Assembly: GCF_001194135.2 (NCBI RefSeq)
Contig: NC_068981.1
Location: 30,238,084-30,278,819 of the forward strand
Length of the DNA: 40,736 bases
Source: Octopus bimaculoides
Lineage: Eukaryota
Direction of reading: 5' to 3'
Positions 33,016 through 40,736 of the stretch are shown here, piece after piece (positions within the stretch are counted from its first letter, which is position 1; the number at the start of each line of letters is the position of its first letter). A program made the translations under genes and the position numbers. The notes below the pieces were generated by a model. The model was not told where the DNA came from. It saw nothing but the letters and a program-made list of their open reading frames with translations, and ran no database searches.

Positions 33016-33091
33016 CTGAATTTGTTGAAGTAACCAGACGAGGAACTTTACTAGGTCTCAAATTAGCACCTTGATCAAATGAAGGTCGTTT
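33016..33091 (-). CDS. KIFC3-like: Kinesin exon 1 of 14 traced (N-terminal tail)
   Basis: Acceptor tttccag, donor CAG|GTACGT. 76 nt, open only as KRPSFDQGANLRPSKVPRLVTSTNS(+G), phase 0 to 1. Could alternatively be 5' UTR. Confidence 0.65.
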
Positions 33092-33204
33092 CTGGAAATT
33101 TGTTGGAAGTAGAAATGTATTGGAATTATAAGGAAAAACAAAATGAATTTTAAAAAATGTTATAGTAATAAAAATGATTTACTGAAAGAAATGTTGACTT
33201 CATA

Positions 33205-33505
33205 AGTACAGGCATTGCTGTGTGGTAAGAAGTGTTTTCTACTATAGCCTTGGGCCAACCAAAGCCTTACGAGGGGATTCAGTAGATGGGGGGGGGGAAG
33301 CTTATATATAGGCACGCATGTGTGCATGCCTACCACTTGACAGGTGGTGTTGGTGTGGTTATGTTCCTATAAATGATTCAGAATAAGTACCAGGTTTTAA
33401 AAAAAAATAAAAGAAAGAAAGCAAAGGGGTTGATGCATTTGACTAAAAATTGTTCAAAGTAGTGCTTCAGTATGGCTGCAGTTTAATGACTGAAGCAAGT
33501 CAAAG
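33205..33505 (+). mobile_element. SINE family A, diverged
   Basis: caggcattgctgtgtggtaagaag...gtttaatgactgaagcaag. Confidence 0.65.
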
Positions 33506-33729
33506 ATAGTTCCAGCTCTGAATTTGTCCTATGTACATCTCAAAAAAATTGGTTTTGTATTTTAAACCTTCTAGTCAGTTGGGAAGGTAGCACCAAAACT
33601 CTAAAAGGCTGAAAGGAAAAAGGGAAGTATTCACATGCCAAAGACCTAATCTGAGTTCTTGCAACAGAATTAAGGGTAAAGACTTCTTTGGTCATGAATT
33701 AACCTGGGATTGCACCTACAAAGTTCTCT

Positions 33730-33930
33730 GAGGTACAAGCCTGTGCACCAGCCTCCCCCTCTCTGCACCACCATGGTTATCCAAGGAAAAGGCGGATGCA
33801 GTTTGGCACCAGTGACATCGCAACTCATTTCTACAGCTGAGTGAACGGGAGCAACATGAAATAAAGAGTCTTGCTCAAGAAAACACAGTCCAGTCCAGGA
33901 ATTGAACTCACTATCTCATGGTCGTGAGCC
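33730..33930 (-). mobile_element. tRNA-derived SINE, family C
   Basis: Minus strand begins ggctcacgaccatgagatagtgagttcaattcctgg (B box), then cttgagcaagactctttatttcatgttgctcc. Confidence 0.55.
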
Positions 33931-34039
33931 TAAACAATCAAAGGCACCAAATCAGAACAAGAACAAATGCTACAAGGTATCCAGTTTGATTTTGTTATAG
34001 TTCTGCCAATCAACCATGTTGAATAGAATCATTTTTATT

Positions 34040-34190
34040 TACATTATTTACATTTGACGGATATTTGTTGTCATCTTGTTTGTTCTCAACACGTCTCGGC
34101 TGATATAACTTCCAGCCTTCATCAGGTGTCTTGGCGAAATTTTGAAGCTGGGCTCTCATTCCCAAGGTATTTTTTGATATTATTATTCAA
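34040..34190 (-). mobile_element. Single arm of the hammerhead-bearing element (copy 3)
   Basis: Minus strand GACAC-CTGATGA-A-GGCTG...CAGCC-GAGACGTGTT (core GAAA changed to GAGA). No tRNA head adjacent. Confidence 0.8.
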
Positions 34191-34239
34191 TAAATACCAA
34201 ACTTAATTACCAGGATTAATTTGTTTGATTAAAACCCTC

Positions 34240-34315
34240 TGGCTTGCCAGTCCTCAGTCAAATCGTCCAACCCATGCGAGCATGGAAAGTGGACGTTAAA
34301 TGACAACGATGATGA
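34240..34315 (+). mobile_element. RTE-type 3' tail, short
   Basis: cagtcctcagtcaaatcgtccaacccatgcgagcatggaaagtggacgttaaatga. Confidence 0.7.
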
Positions 34316-35475
34316 AGGTGGTGGCTGAAACAAATAGAAGATAAAGGATAGATAGCAAATATGAACATAACACTGTGTTGCCATTTTGCCACTCACAATT
34401 TTTTTTTAAAAATTTGGTAACAGTTTAGTCTCCTTGAATTTGTCCTTAACAGAACTCACATAAAAATTATACTGTATGATTACAGGGCACATTGACATAG
34501 GAAGTCTCTCATGGTCTCTCAATATGCTAGAAATAGTAGCTGGGTAATAAACTAAGGGCGAAACTAACAAAATATTTTAAAAAAGAGGAAATAGAAAATA
34601 CAAATGCAAGCATGGTTAGGGTTGCTTCTTAATTTTAAACACCGAAGTGAAACCAAAACAGTATTGAGACTAGCTCAATGATAGTCAAGAATTTCTTCTG
34701 TTGTAATATAAGAATTCACTTTCTCATTGAGAAAGAAAGAGGGCAAACTTCAGTAGGAGGACAAACTGACCGTTCTATTTTATTTCACTTATGCTATTAA
34801 TAGCTTTTACTTTAACTTCTATGTCAGACTCTGCAAAGAGTCGATAATGAAAAACAACCATCGTAGACAACTAAAAGTGCACTTCTCTGATAAGTTTGAC
34901 ACCCGATCGATCATCAGTTAAAGCTACATCCTTAACATGCGCCACTATTTTATGTATCCAACTAGTTATAAACTTGAAACCTCTTGTCTATTTGAAATCG
35001 ATCAATCATTGAGACAAATTACTTGAAACAGATTTGAGATGGTATCTTTGGAAATAAGCCATCGTACTAGTCGCTGAACCCAAACATAGCAATAAAGTAA
35101 AATTGCCCCATATAATCAGCAACAAAGAGACTAAAATAGCAAATTCTATACTAAGAATTTATCGAACTTTGACTAATTTCTGCTACGCTATTTTTTCCTA
35201 CGATTCCAGATTTATATGCTTATAAGTATAGAGCTTGTCTCTTAAATTGAGATTATGCATCAACAATAACAATACTTAATGGTTTCTTAATTGTTTATAG
35301 GCATAAATTTACCCCTACCTCACACCGATTCTTTCCTTGGTCTCTCAGAGAAAAATATTTTCTAGTGAAATTTTCTTCAAAGTACCTTTCATATGGCGTA
35401 GAATTTAATTTTATCGAAATTTAGTGAGACAAAAAAAAAAAAAAAGCTGGTAAGCACACACACATACTGATATAC

Positions 35476-35665
35476 TAGGTGGCCCCAAAATATGTTTACA
35501 GTTATTCAACCTCTTTTGCATTCATATTTTAACAGTTTAGATCTTTATAAAAAAAAAATGAAATCATGCTAATTTAGTTAATTGTAAGAGAAATTTAAAT
35601 GTAATAAAATGTTGAAATTTAAACCGCCTACGTTATAACTGTAAACCTACTTTTGGGCCACACTA
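35476..35665. mobile_element. Tc1-type MITE
   Basis: About 28-bp imperfect TIRs: taggtggccccaaaatatgtttacagtt / aactgtaaacctacttttgggccacacta. A related single end occurs near 20173-20205. Confidence 0.65.
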
Positions 35666-36286
35666 AATCTACAAAAGTACAATGACTTTAACCCATAAAG
35701 CACAGAGATTTGCAGTTACATAGCATAGACTGCTGAGAACATTTTATGAAAATAAGACTACCATGCACACATAAAAAAATAGCTAAAATATCTTAGTATA
35801 CAATGGTGGCAAGTTTTTCATCTGAAAAGTCATAAGCTGAATTATTGGTCCTCTTGCATTCTGGAGGGGGGTATTGGAGCGTTTGAGTGACAGACCCCAT
35901 AAATTAAATGCATCTATCTGAGCCACGATCGTGGCCCGCCGACCCGTTTCTCACAGCTACGATCATGGCCTGATGAGCTTTGTGCTCATTCAAAATATAG
36001 GAATATATATATACAGGAATATATTTTACAAAGACAAAAAAAAAAGTAGGAAGAGGGAATAAAAGCGAAAGGAAAAAATACAGTACTAAGTGCTCCAATT
36101 GATCACACACAAGGTTCATTGGAACCTGCTGAAGCAAACCAATACACTCTACAAAATGAAACTTAAAATTTTTTAAAAATTGTGATGCGTGTCCGTGTGC
36201 ATGTGCGCGTGCCCACCGAATTTTTATTTCATTAAATTTCGATATAAACATAATCTACACAATGTGAAAGGTATTTGTTTGTCGGA

Positions 36287-36562
36287 ATGTAGCCATGCGG
36301 GAGCACCACCTTAAAGATTTTTAGTCGACTGAATCGACTCCAGTACTTTTTAAACCTGGTACTTATTCTATCGGCATTTTGTCAAACCGTTAGATTACGG
36401 GGACGTAAACACACCAACACCGGTTGTCAAGCAATGGTGGGGGACAAACAGAAAGAGACACCCACAAGGCTTTGGTCGCCACGAAGCCACACAGTAGGAC
36501 TGAACCCAAAACCATGTCGTTGAGAAGCAAACTTTTTACCACACGACCACACCTGCACCTAT
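36287..36562 (-). mobile_element. SINE family A with internal deletion
   Basis: ttacggggacgtaaacacaccaacaccggttgtcaagc...accacacctgcacctat. Confidence 0.75.
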
Positions 36563-36802
36563 TCGTAGGAAATGTCATTAAAAAATACCAATTTTACTAA
36601 AAGTTAAATCTAGTCGAAGGTGGGGGTCACACTTGTGTATGATTGCCCTTTATTAAATATCAACAGCTTAAGAAAAATCCTTAGTTTTGATTTTGCAAGA
36701 GCTTATTTTCAGGTTAGGGTTTAATATTAGTGAAAATGCTACAGCAAGGAAGGATAAGCACACATACGTTTAGAAATAAAGCAAAAATACAAAATTTAGG
36801 AA

Positions 36803-36813
36803 AGATCGGAAGA
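36803..36813 (+). other. Illumina adapter remnant at contig end
   Basis: AGATCGGAAGA, the first 11 nt of the universal adapter AGATCGGAAGAGC, directly abuts the N gap starting at 36814. Confidence 0.8.
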
Positions 36814-37654
36814 NNNNNNNNNNNNNNNNNNNNNNNNNNNNNNNNNNNNNNNNNNNNNNNNNNNNNNNNNNNNNNNNNNNNNNNNNNNNNNNNNNNNNNN
36901 NNNNNNNNNNNNNNNNNNNNNNNNNNNNNNNNNNNNNNNNNNNNNNNNNNNNNNNNNNNNNNNNNNNNNNNNNNNNNNNNNNNNNNNNNNNNNNNNNNNN
37001 NNNNNNNNNNNNNNNNNNNNNNNNNNNNNNNNNNNNNNNNNNNNNNNNNNNNNNNNNNNNNNNNNNNNNNNNNNNNNNNNNNNNNNNNNNNNNNNNNNNN
37101 NNNNNNNNNNNNNNNNNNNNNNNNNNNNNNNNNNNNNNNNNNNNNNNNNNNNNNNNNNNNNNNNNNNNNNNNNNNNNNNNNNNNNNNNNNNNNNNNNNNN
37201 NNNNNNNNNNNNNNNNNNNNNNNNNNNNNNNNNNNNNNNNNNNNNNNNNNNNNNNNNNNNNNNNNNNNNNNNNNNNNNNNNNNNNNNNNNNNNNNNNNNN
37301 NNNNNNNNNNNNNNNNNNNNNNNNNNNNNNNNNNNNNNNNNNNNNNNNNNNNNNNNNNNNNNNNNNNNNNNNNNNNNNNNNNNNNNNNNNNNNNNNNNNN
37401 NNNNNNNNNNNNNNNNNNNNNNNNNNNNNNNNNNNNNNNNNNNNNNNNNNNNNNNNNNNNNATATTTTGTAGAACTGGATAAGTAACAGCACTATCAGTT
37501 AAATACTGAGAATGATAGAATGAATTCAGGCACGATTTGAACTCAAAATACAGAAGGTTGAAACAAATGACTATAGGGTATTTTATTTAGTCCAGCTAGC
37601 CTTATTTCCCAATGACTAATTTGTCATTAAAAATAGGTTTTGAAGCCATTAATT

Positions 37655-38261
37655 ATATAATAATAATAATCCTTTTTACAGTAGGCACAAGGCCAGAAAT
37701 TTTGGGAGAGGGGTTAAGATGATTACATCAACCCCAGTGTATCATTGGTACTTAATTTTTCGATGAAAGATAAAGTTGACCTCGGTGGAATTTGAACTCT
37801 GAACGTAGCAACGAGCAAAACACCGAAACATTTCGCTCAACATGCTAATGATTCTGCCAGCTCACCGTTTTGTAATAATAATAATAATAATAATAATGGT
37901 AATAGTTTCAAATTTTGTCGCAAGGGCAGTAATTTTGGAGAGGGTATAAGTTGATTACATCAACCCCAGTCTTCAACTGGCATTTATTTTATCGACCCCG
38001 AAAGGATGAAAGGCAAAGTTAACCTTGGCAGAATTTGAACTGAGAATGTAGCGGCAGACGAAATACCACTAAGCATTTCGCCAACTCTGCCAGCTCGCCG
38101 CTTTAATAATAATCCTTTATACTATAGGAACAAGGCTTGAAATTTGCAGGGAGGGGAAAGGCAAAGTCAACCTCGGCGGAATTTGAACTCAGAACGTAAC
38201 GACGGGCGAAATATCGCTTAGCATTTCGTCCAGTGTACTAACGATTCTGCCAGCTCGCAGC
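37655..38261 (-). mobile_element. Three stacked family-B-related SINEs separated by (TAA)n tails
   Basis: Units at about 37655-37868, 37873-38102 and 38103-38261, each containing aaagt(c/t)(g/a)acc...gaatttgaact...ctgccagctc. Confidence 0.75.
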
Positions 38262-38267
38262 ATTAGT

Positions 38268-38361
38268 AAGATACTGTGGGATTTTACAATCCATTGCGAC
38301 TCCCTAATGAATGCTCGTATACCAGATATTGTTATGGTAGATAAAGAGAGAAAACAAGAAA
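38268..38361 (+). mobile_element. Non-LTR retrotransposon restriction-like endonuclease fragment (R4/Dong-like)
   Basis: KILWDFTIHCDSLMNARIPDIVMVDKERKQE matches the recalled ILWD...RxPDIVxVDK motif. Runs into the gap at 38362. Confidence 0.7.
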
Positions 38362-38789
38362 NNNNNNNNNNNNNNNNNNNNNNNNNNNNNNNNNNNNNNN
38401 NNNNNNNNNNNNNNNNNNNNNNNNNNNNNNNNNNNNNNNNNNNNNNNNNNNNNNNNNNNNNNNNNNNNNNNNNNNNNNNNNNNNNNNNNNNNNNNNNNNN
38501 NNNNNNNNNNNNNNNNNNNNNNNNNNNNNNNNNNNNNNNNNNNNNNNNNNNNNNNNNNNNNNNNNNNNNNNNNNNNNNNNNNNNNNNNNNNNNNNNNNNN
38601 NNNNNNNNNNNNNNNNNNNNNNNNNNNNNNNNNNNNNNNNNNNNNNNNNNNNNNNNNNNNNNNNNNNNNNNNNNNNNNNNNNNNNNNNNNNNNNNNNNNN
38701 NNNNNNNNNNNNNNNNNNNNNNNNNNNNNNNNNNNNNNNNNNNNNNNNNNNNNNNNNNNNNNNNNNNNCATACCTCAGAAAAGACTACT

Positions 38790-38922
38790 AAAAAACGAAA
38801 TTTATCGACCCCCGAAAGGACGAAAGACAAAGTCGACCTCAGCGGAATTTGAACTCAAAACTTAAAGACAGACGAAATACCGCTAATCATTTCGCCCGGC
38901 GTGCTAACGTTTCTGCCAACTC
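38790..38922 (-). mobile_element. SINE family B, 5' part
   Basis: tttatcgacccccgaaagga...cgcccggcgtgctaacgtttctgcca. Confidence 0.75.
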
Positions 38923-38924
38923 TA

Positions 38925-39125
38925 GCTTACGGGGACAAACGCCAACATCGGTTGTCAAGTACATACATACACGATGGGCTTTTCATTTCAGTTGCCGTCT
39001 ACCAAATCCACTCAAGGCTTTGGTCGGCCCCGAGGTTATAAAAGACACTTGCCCAAGGTGCCATGCTGTGGGGATGAACCCGGAACCATATGGTTGGTAA
39101 GCAAGCTTCTTAACACACAACCACG
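38925..39125 (-). mobile_element. SINE family A, 5' part
   Basis: ttacggggacaaacgccaacatcggttgtcaag...ggaaccatatggttggtaagcaagc. Confidence 0.78.
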
Positions 39126-39249
39126 ATAAAATATAGTGTTGTACAATAGTTCTCATGTGTAACAAGGGAAGCCATGTTCGTTTGATTCACAGTCAAGGAA
39201 TTATCTGCAGAAAGTCATGTGAGCCTTTTTACAGTTTTAGGCAATATAG

Positions 39250-39547
39250 CAAGGTTTCACAAACATTTTCTTTTAGCTATGGAGCCCTTTGCTTCCTATT
39301 TTACTAGAGTGGACCCCCATATCCATTCGGGTCCTATTGTATTTTCATAATTAAACATTACGACTTGCATGAAAATTGTTGAAATATTTTATGTATAGTT
39401 GACGTATAACTAATTTATTGCACATAAAATTTACCTGTCTGAAACAATTTTTCCATGACCAATGAAAAATTATCGTGGAACCCAATTTACTATTCTGCAT
39501 CCGTGGACCCCATAAAATCTTATATGGACCCTGGCTGAGAACCCCTG
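39250..39547. mobile_element. hAT-type MITE
   Basis: Degenerate TIRs caaggtttcacaa / ctgagaacccctg with internal ggacccc repeats. No convincing 8-bp TSD. Confidence 0.55.
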
Positions 39548-39919
39548 CATTGCGGTGTCAGTATGACGAGACTATATCATTCACGATTTTTCAGTGTAGC
39601 CACTTTATGTCATAAGGCAAGGTTGTGTGGGTGAATAATGTCGCCCAGTTTTATATGTATATGAAATTACAAACACTTCATAAATACACCGGCCAATATC
39701 AACATCTGCCCATTCCATAATTATACCAGAAAGTCTAAAGAGGAACGTCACAAAGACTCCGAGACATGGTGACAGAATGAAGAATGTGACTTTCGTCATG
39801 CGGCAGCCAGAACATTGATTATCTATAATAATACTCGTGTTTTTCCTCATTACAACATATGAATAAGGAAGGAAGGAGTGATGGCAAACGAGTAGTGGGA
39901 TGATGGAAATTCTACGGTG

Positions 39920-39950
<31 letters not shown>

Positions 39951-40736
39951 GCGTTTCAACTGTAAATTGCGTTTATGTAAAAGGCAAGCGTGTGTGTAAT
40001 GGACGCGAGATGGTGAACATCCAACGCTGAAAAGAAAAATTAAAGTTTCGACTGTGATCGTATGTGTACAAGAGAAGTAGGTGAAATGTGTGAATCAGCG
40101 TTTTTTCAGTAACAAACGATGGTCAATGCCACATCTCAACAGACAACCACTAGATAACATTGATAAGTGTATTGATTTACCATCCATAATCCATTTTGTT
40201 AAAAATAATCATTACTATCATACATACACCTACACAAACCCATTAGAGAAAATAATTATTGCCGGAGTGTATCAAGAATATAAAACGACTGCAGTTGAAA
40301 GGTGTATTATAAATTTGGTAATAAAAGAATTATTCAACTAAAAACTGTTTTGTACCTTACTTATAAAATACTACAATTAGTCGTCATTTTTGACGGCACG
40401 GTGCTAGCTAATATATAAAAACACCAAGATGACATCAACAAAAAGTAGAGTAACATATGGTGGTGAATCTTTCTAAAAGGACCCGAAGGGGACCAACAAG
40501 CATTAGAAAACAACACAACTATAACAAGAATTTTGGAAAACTGCCAGAAGATGCTCAAATATGCGTGGAATGAACTAGTTCTTTCCAGCATTCAAAAACA
40601 TTAAGAGGAACCCTTGCTTTTATGTAATATATCAGAAGCAACGTTATTAATTATTCTACAAAAAAAAAAAAAAAAAAGTTACTTAAGACAGGCTTCTTCG
40701 AAATTAAAAAATAAATATTTGTACGTATGTTTTACA

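Larger units (their letters stand above)
6652..33091 (-). other. KIFC3-like: Multi-exon gene: kinesin-14 family C-terminal motor protein (KIFC3-like), 14 traced coding exons, 5' end unresolved
   Basis: Exon lengths 76+62+115+107+552+112+176+105+128+100+130+198+206+120 = 2187 nt form one open frame with matching phases and all GT-AG junctions. Motifs: neck RRKYHNELMKIKGNIRVFCRIRP, P-loop GQTGSGKT, switch I SSRSH, switch [27 protein letters not shown]. Motor lies at the C-terminus. Confidence 0.93.

Noticed and set aside
35969-35995. CTGATGAG followed by a small stem
   Set aside because: No GAAA or stem III follows, so it is not a hammerhead.
40361-40591. 76-aa minus ORF ending at a strong splice donor
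   Set aside because: The stop codon precedes the donor and there is no recognisable homology. Kept only as a candidate UTR exon.

Overview
Eukaryotic, AT-rich, repeat-dense draft-assembly window with six N gaps. The repeat families and gene structure suggest an octopus or other coleoid cephalopod genome (inference from recalled repeat families, not a database search). One protein-coding gene is supported: a minus-strand kinesin-14 (C-terminal motor, KIFC3-like). I traced 14 GT-AG exons between 33091 and 6652 with consistent phases, giving 2187 nt (728 aa plus stop); the first exon and start codon are unresolved. Most listed ORFs are repeat-derived or gap artefacts. Introns and flanks contain RTE-clade LINE fragments, several tRNA-derived SINE families, mariner, maT-like and Chapaev-like transposase relics, Merlin-, piggyBac-, Tigger-, Tc1- and hAT-type MITEs, a solo LTR and an R4/Dong-like endonuclease fragment. 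The main find is a palindromic retroelement present twice (9880-10636 and 21811-22201). Each copy has a tRNA-like Pol III head between two inverted arms and is bounded by a 12-14 bp target-site duplication. The arms carry a Penelope-type minimal hammerhead ribozyme motif, and one intact motif lies on the sense strand of the kinesin pre-mRNA. The kinesin tail also carries a duplicated LC8/DYNLL-type DKxCQTE motif. Repeat boundaries are by eye and approximate unless a TSD or TIR is quoted.
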